The notes beneath the pieces are model-generated. The model ran no database searches. It was not told the origin of the DNA and saw only the letters and a list, made by a program, of their open reading frames with translations. Positions 1 to 9,935 of a stretch of 39,091 nt of DNA are shown here, piece by piece. Positions within the stretch are counted from its first letter, which is position 1. Each line of letters begins with the position of its first letter. The stretch lies in the sequence record MZ311861.1; one strand, 5' to 3'. The translations under genes and the position numbers were made by a program. The stretch is from Escherichia phage vB_EcoP_LNA5.

Positions 1-77
1 CAAGACCGGGAGTCGGTCGGTGCCAAGATGTGGTAGCCAGCATGTAGAGATACGCTACTGGTTGACCTGAGACATCG
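1..77. repeat. 77-bp terminal overlap, identical to 39015..39091 (circular-assembly redundancy)
   Basis: Direct comparison of the first and last 77 bases of the window shows identity; both copies lie inside the gp7 coding frame. Confidence 0.95.
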
Positions 78-193
78 TAGATTGTGTACTCTTCACCGTC
101 GAACTCGTCAGCAATACGGTAAGTATGAGCCTTGAAGTCCTCGAATGACTTGAAGTTAGACTGCCCGTCTTCCCAGAGGCGACAGGCGCACAT
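1..193 (-). CDS. gp7-like virion/host-range protein, N-terminal part (continues across the window junction into 38821..39014)
   Basis: ATG at 193 with AAGG 7 nt upstream; frame continues through position 1 (= 39015) into the ORF ending at 38821; C-terminal half recalled as T7 gp7-like (..ATTSWHRP..GLDL..YSRVKHVSGSVDI..). An in-frame ATG at 229 is an alternative start. Confidence 0.6.
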   Translation of the reverse strand, partial: MCACRLWEDGQSNFKSFEDFKAHTYRIADEFDGEEYTIYDVSGQPVAYLYMLATTSWHRPTPGL

Positions 194-233
194 GTGGCGA
201 CCTTCGCGTGAGTTGAGATATGGTAGCATTGTC

Positions 234-458
234 TTACCCCATGTTTACGCCAGAGGCTCGCATAGCGCGGCTCACTGACGATTTATCTTTAGGTGCAGAC
301 TCCTTCTTAACCTTAAGGTCTTTGATACCTTTGGTCTCGTTGGTGTCCACATCCGATTCAGCCCCGATGTCAACTGACGCAACTTCCTCACTCAGAGGTG
401 CTGGTTCAGGTGCTTGGACCGAAGGCTTCGGAGTGCTAATCTTTGGACTGAAACACAT
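234..458 (-). CDS. gp6.7-like head-associated protein
   Basis: 74-aa ORF beginning MCFSPKI.. as recalled for T7 gp6.7; AGGAGG 5 nt upstream of ATG; position between 6.5 and 7. Confidence 0.8.
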   Translation of the reverse strand: MCFSPKISTPKPSVQAPEPAPLSEEVASVDIGAESDVDTNETKGIKDLKVKKESAPKDKSSVSRAMRASGVNMG

Positions 459-472
459 AGTCCCTCCTACAG

Positions 473-745
473 TTAATCGAACTGAACGGTATCTTTCAGC
501 TCACGACGCATAGCAATCGCAGAGTCGAGAGTGTCAGAACAATACTGGAGACCCTTGATGAACCCGGCAATGAACGCATCGCTGTAGCCTTGCTGCTTGA
601 GGAGACTGATAGCTCCCATCTTCTCAGCGTAGCTTGCGTTGAACAATACGTGCAGGAACTGGATGGCAGACTGTGAGATGTTCGGTACATCAAGTCTTTC
701 TTCCTGTAATTGCTTAACAACGTTTTCAATAGCATTAAGCGCCAT
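473..745 (-). CDS. gp6.5-like hypothetical protein
   Basis: 90-aa ORF directly downstream of a phage promoter, GAGGAG upstream of ATG; assigned by synteny. Confidence 0.65.
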   Translation of the reverse strand: MALNAIENVVKQLQEERLDVPNISQSAIQFLHVLFNASYAEKMGAISLLKQQGYSDAFIAGFIKGLQYCSDTLDSAIAMRRELKDTVQFD

Positions 746-809
746 CTTGAATCTCCTCTTTAAGTTAAGACTAAAGTCTATCTTATAGTCATATCTTAGG
801 TCCTAAAGT

Positions 810-828
810 CCCTATAGTGATAGTTTAG
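810..828 (-). promoter_or_regulatory. phage RNAP promoter (phi6.5 position)
   Basis: Plus strand ccctatagtgatagtttag, i.e. minus-strand CTAAACTATCACTATAGGG; one of 11 near-identical copies; T7-promoter-like CACTATAGG core. Confidence 0.85.
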
Positions 829-955
829 TGTTTCACCTATGGATGACTGTTGGATTGATAGGATATGACTATCGGCTAGACTCAGTGTTTAGGACGGTTG
901 TTCGACCCGAACCACTTGTACATGCAGTAAAGGGCCAGAAGTCCGACCCAGTAAA

Positions 956-1828
956 TTACATGGATGGTGTCCATAGGATGACCTCCTTGGACTTAGGGTC
1001 GTAGTCGGAGGCTCGGCAAATACGAGCGACCTGAGCTTGGACCAGAAGTTCCTCCTCGGTCATCCCAGCTTTAGCAGCCAGAGTCACCATGCAGTCCCAC
1101 AGCGTCATGTCGTCACGCTTTGGATACTTCTTCCACTCAGTCTTAATCTGGCCTTTGTTCTTACCAGTCTTAAGCTCACGGCTCTCCTGTACGAAGTAGT
1201 ACGGCTCGTCAAGGAACGCGCGTGTGGTATCCTCACCCATCCCCGGAATGCCACCGTAGCCATCTGTGGTGTCACCCTTGATGGTTTGCTCCATGTGCCA
1301 GTAGTCTGCCTCAGCAGTCGTATGACTCAGGATTTCACCAGTGGTTAACCAGAAGAACTCACAGTTCGGGATGGTCTTGAAGTCCTTATCACAGGACACC
1401 AGAACAGCATGGTCACAGCCTACAATCTGAGGTCTGGTCCCGATGATACCCATACAATCATCGCCTTCAAGCGTAGGACGCAGGAAGCTGTTGAACCGTG
1501 GGTCAGCCATCACTTCGGCTACGAACTTCTTGTAACCTACAGGCTTGCGAGAACCTTTACGGTTGGCCTTATAGGTAGGCAGGACGTCCTTACGCCAGTT
1601 GTAATCGTCAGTGAAGCACATCACAATCTTAGCGTCTTTCCACGCCTTGCGCTTCTTAACGATTTCAGCGATGGTGTTCTCAAGGATGCGACGAGCCTTC
1701 TCATGGTCGCAGATAAGGGTCCAGATGTCATCGCCCCAGTCAGTCTCGTCCTCGGCAGCAGCCATAGATGAAAACACTAAGTAGTCACCATCTAACACAA
1801 GAGCTATTTTCTTTTCGCTCACAGGCAT
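956..1828 (-). CDS. 5'-3' exonuclease gp6
   Basis: Recalled similarity to T7 gene 6 exonuclease (..LVLDGDYLVF.., ..VSCDKDFKTIPNC.., ..WDCMVTLAAKAGMTEE..). Start uncertain: ATG at 1828 (chosen) or the track's GTG at 1876. Confidence 0.9.
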   Translation of the reverse strand: MPVSEKKIALVLDGDYLVFSSMAAAEDETDWGDDIWTLICDHEKARRILENTIAEIVKKRKAWKDAKIVMCFTDDYNWRKDVLPTYKANRKGSRKPVGYKKFVAEVMADPRFNSFLRPTLEGDDCMGIIGTRPQIVGCDHAVLVSCDKDFKTIPNCEFFWLTTGEILSHTTAEADYWHMEQTIKGDTTDGYGGIPGMGEDTTRAFLDEPYYFVQESRELKTGKNKGQIKTEWKKYPKRDDMTLWDCMVTLAAKAGMTEEELLVQAQVARICRASDYDPKSKEVILWTPSM

Positions 1829-2028
1829 CCTCCATGTTGGTTCAGGAACTTGGTGCCAGCAGCGGTAATCTCCCACGCACCGTTGTTACGCCCGTCCATA
1901 GACAGACAGCTCAGATGTCCACGACTCGCAGCCTCAGCCACCAGTGCTGCATTGTTGCGCACGTAGTTGGACTGGAAGGTCTTCGGGCAGGACTTAAGGG
2001 CCGCTAGGACCCGTAAGTATTCACTCAT
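1819..2028 (-). CDS. gp5.7-like protein
   Basis: 69-aa ORF recalled as near-identical in pattern to T7 gp5.7 (MSEYL..KSCPKTFQSNYVRNNA..VAEAASRGH.SCLSM); ATG overlaps the 5.5 stop (ATGA). Confidence 0.85.
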   Translation of the reverse strand: MSEYLRVLAALKSCPKTFQSNYVRNNAALVAEAASRGHLSCLSMDGRNNGAWEITAAGTKFLNQHGGCL

Positions 2029-2309
2029 TGCTTGACCTCGAATCGCAGGTTAGATACTCCGAACTGGTCATAACCAAAGTCGTCTACCAGCTCCTCCTTG
2101 ATGGTCTTCTTGAGGGCAATTTCAAGGGCAGACTCAGGGCCTGACTCGATTGCGGTTTTGACCAGAGCCAACTGAAGACCATCCAGCTTCTCACCCTCAG
2201 CGTAGGCTTTAGTCATCTCAGCCAGTTGGCGACACATGGTATCTTCTTCCTTTGAGTTAACAACCATCTTCAGGTCAAAACTCACACGAATACGTTTAGT
2301 AATAGCCAT
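2025..2309 (-). CDS. gp5.5-like protein
   Basis: Start moved to ATG at 2309 (MAITKRIRVSFDL.., compare T7 gp5.5 MAMTKKFKVSFDV..); AAGGAG upstream; TAATG overlap with the gene 5 stop. Confidence 0.8.
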   Translation of the reverse strand: MAITKRIRVSFDLKMVVNSKEEDTMCRQLAEMTKAYAEGEKLDGLQLALVKTAIESGPESALEIALKKTIKEELVDDFGYDQFGVSNLRFEVKQ

Positions 2310-4480
2310 TAGTGACACTCCTTCCACGTTGGTCCAATCTTACCTTCGGTATCAAGGACACATTTAAAATTATAGAACTCACCCACCTTACGCATAGCAA
2401 GTTGAGCAATCTTGACGACTTCTTCGGCAATCTCCTGAGTACGACACGCAATCTGCAATTCATCATGGACCCATGCCATGTACGCAAAGTCTCCTTCCCA
2501 GCCGTGGACATACCCGGCCTCTTCGAGCATACGTTCAGTCTCGACAATCCAGTGCTTACAGACTACCGCACCATCGCCTTGAAGTAATGCGTTCAGTGCT
2601 GAGTGTGGAGACCGGATGTGGATACGGCGACCATCAAGTCCACGCAACCAACGGCGTTTCCACTTAACGATGTTCTCACCATCTACCCACTTAGAGTCTG
2701 AGATTAACGTATTACTCACAGCTTCCCTGAGGTCCTTGATGGCTGGTGTACCCTCAATGAATTTCTTCATGAGAGCCGAACCTTCCTTCTTACCACCTCC
2801 GACTATCAGTCCAATCTTAGCGGCCCCTGCACCATACAGGAACGCATAGATGAACGTCTTAGCGTTGTTACGGAAAGCATCATGGTCGTGGTTCGACTTA
2901 TCGCGTTTGACGTTAGGTGCTAACCCAGCGTTGACTGCGTTGGCCCAGTGGATGTCACCTTCTACCACAGTCTTCGCATAGGCACCACCATCAAACGGAG
3001 CTGCTCGGTTCCCCAGACAACGAAGCTCAAGACCTGAAGCATCCACACCCACTTGAATCCAAGGGTCTGGCTTACCATCCGTCTTGTTCCAAGCTGCACC
3101 GAAAGCACCACGGCAAATCTCACCATACGGAGCACCGTTAGCAGGGACCTGAGCCATGTTTGGTGAACTATGGGTCGCACGTCCGGTTACTGCACCGCAT
3201 GGGTTGATTGAACCGTGCATACGTCCGTCTGGACCTACAAGTTTCAACCATGCGTTCTTACCTTCAGCCGCCTGACCGATGCGCTTCTGGACTACCAGAT
3301 ACTCACGTACCAGCTCTACGCAAGCCTGAGCCTCTGCGTCTGGTAACTTAACGTGTTCTAACGTCTCGTCATCGACTACAGGTTTCCCGGTTTCAGTGAA
3401 GTCCACAGGCTCCCAGCCACGCTCCATCAAGACTTTCGCTAAGTGGTCTCCGCTTCCCGGATTAAACTCAACGTAAGTGATAGGTGTGAACGGTGCTCCC
3501 TCCATCGTATCTCGCGTATCACGCTCACAAGGTTCAAGACCTAAGCGTTGAGCTTTGTTCTTCGGCTTCTTAAAGATGCCACCGACCTTAGGATACACGA
3601 CTCGTGGATACTTCGGAAGGTCCTTGCCTGTCCGTGGATGCCTGAAGAACTCCTTACCACCCTTCGGTGCATACCAGCTACCGAAAGTCGAACGCAGCTT
3701 GTCCAGCAGCTCTGCACGTTTGACGGTGAGTTCACGATATAAGCCTTCGACCATCTCGGTGTTCATCGGATAGCCGTTACGTTCCATCTTCGCACAGGTC
3801 CACGCAGCATCATGTTCCAGACGCAACGCATAAATCTGGTCGAAAGCGAACTGTTCAGACTGGAAGTAATACTTGTCAGTCAGGAACTTCTTGAACAACG
3901 CCAGTGTGACCACAACGTCTTGAACGTTATAGTCCAGCATCTCCTGAGACGGGAACAACCATTCGTCCCCAGTCTTATATTCGATACCTTCAGCCTTGCA
4001 TTTGGCAACATAATCGTGTTTGTATTCACCTTTCATCTCACCGAGACGATAGCCCCAAGCCTCAAGAGACTGTCGTCCCATCATCTGAGGTGGCAGACGA
4101 CCAGCTTTCACAGCGCCCATGTCTGAGAACTTAATGTTTGGATACATCAAGCGGCCCAGCACCAAGGTATCAATCATCTTGTGTTTCGGGAAGTTAAAAC
4201 GCTTCCCAAAGTACAGACGCTTCAGCTTGTCGATAGCCGGTACGTCATAGTTGATACCGTTGTGGAATACCAGCATACCATCAGGCGATGCGGCAATCTC
4301 TTCCACTTTATGAACATACTCTTTGAAGCCACCGACGATACCGACCATCGGAGCTACCCCATACTTAAGGGTCTCATTCGACTCGGCGTTAATCAGGACC
4401 CCACAGTGAAACTGGGAGACTGTATCAAGGAGACCGTTGGTCTCGATGTCAGAACCCCAGATACTCTTAAGGTCAAACAT
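2309..4480 (-). CDS. DNA polymerase gp5
   Basis: Recalled collinear similarity to T7 DNA polymerase (..DIETNGLL.., ..KTFIYAFLYGAG.., ..YMAWVHDE.., C-terminal ..CH); start set to ATG at 4480 with GGAGGA 8 nt upstream (track start 4516 is GTG). Confidence 0.97.
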   Translation of the reverse strand: MFDLKSIWGSDIETNGLLDTVSQFHCGVLINAESNETLKYGVAPMVGIVGGFKEYVHKVEEIAASPDGMLVFHNGINYDVPAIDKLKRLYFGKRFNFPKHKMIDTLVLGRLMYPNIKFSDMGAVKAGRLPPQMMGRQSLEAWGYRLGEMKGEYKHDYVAKCKAEGIEYKTGDEWLFPSQEMLDYNVQDVVVTLALFKKFLTDKYYFQSEQFAFDQIYALRLEHDAAWTCAKMERNGYPMNTEMVEGLYRELTVKRAELLDKLRSTFGSWYAPKGGKEFFRHPRTGKDLPKYPRVVYPKVGGIFKKPKNKAQRLGLEPCERDTRDTMEGAPFTPITYVEFNPGSGDHLAKVLMERGWEPVDFTETGKPVVDDETLEHVKLPDAEAQACVELVREYLVVQKRIGQAAEGKNAWLKLVGPDGRMHGSINPCGAVTGRATHSSPNMAQVPANGAPYGEICRGAFGAAWNKTDGKPDPWIQVGVDASGLELRCLGNRAAPFDGGAYAKTVVEGDIHWANAVNAGLAPNVKRDKSNHDHDAFRNNAKTFIYAFLYGAGAAKIGLIVGGGKKEGSALMKKFIEGTPAIKDLREAVSNTLISDSKWVDGENIVKWKRRWLRGLDGRRIHIRSPHSALNALLQGDGAVVCKHWIVETERMLEEAGYVHGWEGDFAYMAWVHDELQIACRTQEIAEEVVKIAQLAMRKVGEFYNFKCVLDTEGKIGPTWKECH

Positions 4481-4500
4481 GGTTAATCCTCCGTTTAGTC

Positions 4501-4540
4501 TAATCATAAAGGCCACTCGATGTGAATGACCTTGAGTCTA
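4501..4540 (-). promoter_or_regulatory. RNase III-like processing hairpin, class A
   Basis: Minus-strand TAGACTCAAGGTCA..(11-nt loop)..TGGCCTTTATGATTA; flanks match the recalled T7 R0.5 site; 7-bp stem AAGGUCA/UGGCCUU; three copies in the window. Confidence 0.6.
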
Positions 4541-4543
4541 GAC

Positions 4544-4708
4544 CTATAAGTCTGTACGCAAGAAGTGGTACATGAACTTCCGGTTAGCTTTCTTCCATGC
4601 CTTAGAGTCGAACCTCTGGTCTCCAAGAATGTTGGACAGACAGGTTGCTTCATCACTCCACCATTTGTACATGAACCGATGGTAGCGAGCTTTAAGTTTC
4701 TTTAACAC
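4544..4708 (-). CDS. small basic protein (gene 4.3/4.5 position)
   Basis: GTG start at 4708 preceded by GGAGGA with 8-nt spacing; 54 aa; lies between gp4 and gp5 as the small 4.x genes do in T7. Confidence 0.4.
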   Translation of the reverse strand: MLKKLKARYHRFMYKWWSDEATCLSNILGDQRFDSKAWKKANRKFMYHFLRTDL

Positions 4709-4759
4709 TAATGGTGTCCTCCGTATGGTGACTTCCAATCGCACTCAGGGCATTGACAT

Positions 4760-6463
<1,704 letters not shown>

Positions 6464-6474
6464 TCACTCCTTAG

Positions 6475-6553
6475 TGGCGTCTCCACGGGGATTCGAACCC
6501 TAATCGCAATAGGCCATCACGACCCGCCGCTCTACCGTTTGAGCTATGGAGAC
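6475..6553 (-). ncRNA. tRNA-like element (pseudo-tRNA?): canonical acceptor stem, D-arm, T-loop and encoded CCA, but no foldable anticodon arm
   Basis: Minus strand GTCTCCA-TA-GCTCAAACGGTAGAGC-..-TTCGAAT-..-TGGAGAC-G-CCA: perfect 7-bp acceptor stem, D-arm GCTC/GAGC with GG, T-loop TTCGAAT. The 26 nt between the D and T arms do not form a 5-bp stem with a U33/R37 loop by hand folding. Confidence 0.35.
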
Positions 6554-6601
6554 ATTTCTTAATCTCAAATGCGAACAAAGGGACAAGACTCGTGGTCTCA
6601 T

Positions 6602-6620
6602 CCCTACGGTGATAGTTTAG
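6602..6620 (-). promoter_or_regulatory. variant phage promoter (CACCGTAGG core; phi3.8/4 position)
   Basis: ccctacggtgatagtttag: two substitutions at -4/-3 relative to the window consensus; overlaps the lysozyme stop as other copies overlap upstream gene ends. Confidence 0.45.
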
Positions 6621-7075
6621 CCTCGGTCGGAAGTGACCAGTTCATTGGTAGACAGCCAGCGTTGCAAGTCGAAACTTGGACACGCCTTTGGTGCTACGTC
6701 ATGATGTGCTTTGATTTCTGCCTGAGGATACAAGTCCTTCAGGTCAGCCAGCTTGTTGCGCAGGGAGTTCATCTGGGCCGGAGTGAAGTTAGCTTCAAAC
6801 TTGCCCTTAGCGTCAATTCCACCTACAAGGCAGACGCCTACAGACCGTGAGTTCCAGTCCTTAACGTGTGACCCTACGACATTGACCGGGCGTCCCTCTT
6901 CCACAGTGCCATCGCGCTTGATGATAAAGTGGTAGCCTACGTCCAGCCAGCCTTGCTGCTTGTGCCACATACGGATGGTCTCTACCCCGATGTCCATCTC
7001 TGGCTTGGTAGCCGAACAGTGAACGAAGATAGCGTCGGTCCGGGACCGTGGATTGAACTGTACCTTACTTACCAT
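6617..7075 (-). CDS. N-acetylmuramoyl-L-alanine amidase / T7-type lysozyme gp3.5
   Basis: Recalled similarity to T7 lysozyme (..TDAIFVHCSATKP.., ..GWLDVGYHFIIKRDGTVE.., ..HHDVAPKACPSFD.., C-terminal NELVTSDRG). Confidence 0.95.
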   Translation of the reverse strand: MVSKVQFNPRSRTDAIFVHCSATKPEMDIGVETIRMWHKQQGWLDVGYHFIIKRDGTVEEGRPVNVVGSHVKDWNSRSVGVCLVGGIDAKGKFEANFTPAQMNSLRNKLADLKDLYPQAEIKAHHDVAPKACPSFDLQRWLSTNELVTSDRG

Positions 7076-7556
7076 TGTACACCACCAATTCTACGACCAC
7101 CAGATTCAGGTGCTGGGTGAAGCGTTGTGCGTCCGTGGTGTGCATCTGGAGATGCTTATGGTTGAAGACGTGTGAGTTGCTAATCTTCACGTAAACTTCT
7201 TCAGGCTTTCCATGGACGATGAAAGTCTGGCCTACACCAATCTTGTCGATGGTCAGGACTTCACGCTTCAAAGTCACAGGCGGTACGCTCGAAGCTGGCA
7301 GGACTTGAGTGGTTTGGACACCAGTGAGTTTCTCTTCCGGCTTGATTTCCTCAAGTTTCCAATTAAGGACCCATGCTCCCCACATACCCTCAGGCTGAGT
7401 ATTGCAGCCGTTAGACCCATGTTTGTATGCGCCTGGAATCTGGCACTCAACTAGGGTCATTCTTGAATCTGGTACGGGGTCATTCTCACACTTGGTAACT
7501 ATAGTCCCACTAGGCCAGCCATGCGCATCTACTAACAGTTTAAACTTCTTGCTCAT
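7065..7556 (-). CDS. hypothetical protein (163 aa) inserted between endonuclease I and lysozyme
   Basis: ATG at 7556 overlaps the gene 3 stop (ATGA) with AAGGAG 7 nt upstream; no counterpart recalled at this position in T7; no recognisable motif. Confidence 0.6.
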   Translation of the reverse strand: MSKKFKLLVDAHGWPSGTIVTKCENDPVPDSRMTLVECQIPGAYKHGSNGCNTQPEGMWGAWVLNWKLEEIKPEEKLTGVQTTQVLPASSVPPVTLKREVLTIDKIGVGQTFIVHGKPEEVYVKISNSHVFNHKHLQMHTTDAQRFTQHLNLVVVELVVYNGK

Positions 7557-8008
7557 CACTTAACTCCTTTCTTCTTGGGGATGAGTATACCTGAAGGCAG
7601 ACGTACAGTCGCCTCTCGAAGCCACTCAACCGGGATGAATTTATCGGCATACTTATAGCCGTTCTTTTCGCACCATGCGCCATACGTGGTTGGAGACCCT
7701 TTGTATAACTTGGAGCGTGAACTTGAGAACACGAACCGGATGTCTAACTCTGGGTGCTGTTCTCGTACCAGAAGGTGCTTCTTACGGTCATCACTATCGA
7801 AGATACCTTTGGTCTCCACGATGATACCGTTAGGAAGAATAAAATCTGGTGTGTACTTGTGGTCGGAAGCCGGAATCACATAGTTGATATAATGGCTTTC
7901 GTACTCCGCTTTGACGCCGTTCTGTTCCAGCCACTGCTGGTTCTTGGCTTCAAGTCCAGAGCGGTAGGCACCCACAGAGTGCCCCCGTTTTGCAGACCAT
8001 TTGGCCAT
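7556..8008 (-). CDS. endonuclease I (Holliday junction resolvase) gp3
   Basis: Recalled similarity to T7 gp3 (..YVIPAS.H.YTPDF.LPNGI.VETKG..DSDDRKKHLL.REQHPELDIR.VFSSS..KLYKGSPT.YG). Confidence 0.95.
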   Translation of the reverse strand: MAKWSAKRGHSVGAYRSGLEAKNQQWLEQNGVKAEYESHYINYVIPASDHKYTPDFILPNGIIVETKGIFDSDDRKKHLLVREQHPELDIRFVFSSSRSKLYKGSPTTYGAWCEKNGYKYADKFIPVEWLREATVRLPSGILIPKKKGVK

Positions 8009-8709
8009 TAGAAGTCGTAATCGCCACCAGAGTTGGAGTCGTCACCACCTTCGTAACCATCGTCAGACCCAAAGTCATCACCACCGAAGTCACCAACGGT
8101 TGACGCTTTGTAACCAGTACCAAGGTCTTCATCATCACCCCAGCCACCATCGCCACCAGCACCATCACCTTTCCATTCCTTCAGTTCTACCAGAAGGCAG
8201 GACTCAAGCTGGAGCTTAACGCTTGCACCAGTCGCAGCGTTCCACTTGAACGGCAGGACTTTAAACTTGACCTTCAGCTTAGACCCAGCGCAGATATTCG
8301 GGACGTCACGGATGAGTTTAGCATCGGTGTCGTAGAACCGTAATACGATAGGCTCGGACTTGCCGTCTTTCAGGTAAGACGCAAAGCATTTAAACTTAAG
8401 GGTAACAGTACCGTCACCATTCTCAATCCACGGCATGTCGCCTTCTCGTGGTTCAATAGGCTTCTTGCCACGCTGAACCTGAGGTGGGTTCTTCTCGTGG
8501 TCTGCGAGTGCTTTTGCATACGCATCGTCGTGAATCTTCTGTAAGACATCAATCATCTTACGGACCTTATGGTTGCTCAGGTCGAATGTCAGGTTAACCT
8601 TATGCTCACCACGCTCGTTAAACTTGGTGTCTGCTTTGTTCAGCCATGCGTAAGGCTCAACGATACCAGCTACCGGAGTGGTGAAAGTCTTCAGTTGCTC
8701 TTTAGCCAT
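8008..8709 (-). CDS. single-stranded DNA-binding protein gp2.5
   Basis: Recalled similarity to T7 gp2.5 (..GKKP..P.EGDMP...NGDGT.T.KFKC.AS.., ..GSKLKVK..., ..GASVKLQLES..LVEL..) with acidic C-terminal tail ending in F. Confidence 0.95.
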   Translation of the reverse strand: MAKEQLKTFTTPVAGIVEPYAWLNKADTKFNERGEHKVNLTFDLSNHKVRKMIDVLQKIHDDAYAKALADHEKNPPQVQRGKKPIEPREGDMPWIENGDGTVTLKFKCFASYLKDGKSEPIVLRFYDTDAKLIRDVPNICAGSKLKVKFKVLPFKWNAATGASVKLQLESCLLVELKEWKGDGAGGDGGWGDDEDLGTGYKASTVGDFGGDDFGSDDGYEGGDDSNSGGDYDF

Positions 8710-8753
8710 CGGTGTAAATCTCCTAATTTAAAAGTTACTAACTGGACGTCTGT

Positions 8754-8771
8754 CCTACAGTGATAGTTTAG
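8754..8771 (-). promoter_or_regulatory. phage RNAP promoter variant (phi2.5 position; CACTGTAGG core)
   Basis: cctacagtgatagtttag: single substitution at -3; directly upstream of the SSB gene. Confidence 0.7.
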
Positions 8772-8926
8772 GTCTCAGGGCGAATCCGTCCGACCACAAA
8801 CCCAGCGTCCTCATACTCTTGGGACTTCAGGGTAGCCTCTTCAAGAGACTTTGCGTACAACGGAACCTCGAAGGACTGGGTACGTCCCTCAAGTTCCACG
8901 ATGTATTTCTTCTCTACGTCAGTCAT
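8768..8926 (-). CDS. gp2-like host RNA polymerase inhibitor (52 aa)
   Basis: Hand-translated ORF below the 60-aa track cutoff: [43 protein letters not shown], compare recalled T7 gp2 ..SFEVPIYAETLDEA..AGFEVTRVRP; AAGGAG 8 nt upstream. Confidence 0.7.
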   Translation of the reverse strand: MTDVEKKYIVELEGRTQSFEVPLYAKSLEEATLKSQEYEDAGFVVGRIRPET

Positions 8927-9004
8927 AGACCACGCTCCTTCCATAAGTTGTAGAGCTGAAGGTAATCGACGTTACCTGTCTCCTCAAATTTACGCTCGCA
9001 CCAC

Positions 9005-9478
9005 TCACTCGGAAGCATAGCACTTACCTTTATGTAGGTCGAACAGCTCCTGATAGAAGGCTGCTTTGTTCAGGTCCTTCTCCATAGTAGCCAGCTCGGA
9101 CTTCTTACCAGCCCGGAGTCGATACTTCAGGACGTTACCCATGCAGAACCCACGGAACTCGCTGACAGTCATGGACCGAGCGATAATCTCAATGGACTCC
9201 ACTCCGTCAAATACCTGATAGTGGGACGGCTTGCGGACAGCGTCGATTGACTCAGTGGAAGGTTGGTCATCTGTAGGAGTTACCTCTGGTTTCTCCAGTT
9301 TAGGCTTACGTATGTCCATCGCTCGGATTTCACCTAAGGTTATCTTTTCATTGATATTTACAGGGCAGAGGAAGCAAGGGACAGTATGGCAGAAAATACT
9401 GCAGCCATTCAAATCATCTGGGCGACCTTCGTTATTATCTACCAACTTAATGATAACCTCTTGTTCAAGTGCGTTCAT
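9005..9478 (-). CDS. gp1.7-like nucleotide kinase
   Basis: Recalled similarity to T7 gp1.7 (..IIKL.DNNEGRPDDLNGC..KITLGEIRAMD.RKP.L.KPEVTPTDDQPS.., ..ARSMTV..F.G.C.GN.LKYRLRAGKKSELA..EKDL.KA.FY.ELF..HK.KCYA); shorter at the N-terminus than recalled T7 protein; AAGGAG upstream. Confidence 0.8.
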   Translation of the reverse strand: MNALEQEVIIKLVDNNEGRPDDLNGCSIFCHTVPCFLCPVNINEKITLGEIRAMDIRKPKLEKPEVTPTDDQPSTESIDAVRKPSHYQVFDGVESIEIIARSMTVSEFRGFCMGNVLKYRLRAGKKSELATMEKDLNKAAFYQELFDLHKGKCYASE

Positions 9479-9548
9479 ATTGTTAACTCCTTTATTACAG
9501 GTGTGTGTGGATAACGGTCATCCTTCTCTAAGCAAGCTATACATCCCA

Positions 9549-9803
9549 TCAGAACACCTCCTTCACGAACTCAACGAACAGACGAAAGCGAGGCCACTTA
9601 GTGTAGACCACAGGCACACTTGTCTCCTGCTTCTGTCGAGCCTCTTCAGCTTTGCCAGGAGTAATCAGAGCGAAGACTGTAGGTGACAGCTTAACGGCCT
9701 TCCCGAAGTATCCCATCTTCTCGTTGCGCTTAATGCAAGCTAATGGGTTGTGAGACAGGTGGAATGTACTGGTATAACGATTGAACATTAAGTTCTTAAA
9801 CAT
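9549..9803 (-). CDS. hypothetical protein (gene 1.6 position)
   Basis: 84-aa ORF, AAGGAGG 7 nt upstream of ATG, immediately downstream of a phage promoter; assigned by position only. Confidence 0.55.
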   Translation of the reverse strand: MFKNLMFNRYTSTFHLSHNPLACIKRNEKMGYFGKAVKLSPTVFALITPGKAEEARQKQETSVPVVYTKWPRFRLFVEFVKEVF

Positions 9804-9833
9804 GTCGGCCTCCTTAGGTCGAGTTATGGTTGT

Positions 9834-9851
9834 CCTATAGTGATAGCTTAG
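9834..9851 (-). promoter_or_regulatory. phage RNAP promoter (phi1.5/1.6 position)
   Basis: cctatagtgatagcttag, one mismatch to the window consensus. Confidence 0.8.
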
Positions 9852-9887
9852 GGTCTAACTGGTGGCCCAGACGATAGCTTGCTAGCA

Positions 9888-9924
9888 CAAAGCAAAGAAA
9901 CCCAGCAGTCCGAAGACCACTGGG
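9888..9924 (-). terminator. intrinsic terminator after the ligase gene (T7 TE position)
   Basis: Minus strand CCCAGTGGTC-TTCG-GACTGCTGGG (10-bp stem with two G.U pairs, UUCG loop) followed by TTTCTTTGCTTTG; sits 12 bp past the ligase stop. Confidence 0.7.
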
Positions 9925-9935
9925 TTGACGTTTAG

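Noticed and set aside
6475-6553. Calling the tRNA-like element a functional tRNA with a specific anticodon
   Set aside because: No 5-bp anticodon stem with a U33/R37 loop could be formed; candidate readings (GTG, GCC, GCG) all need non-canonical geometry, so no isotype is assigned.
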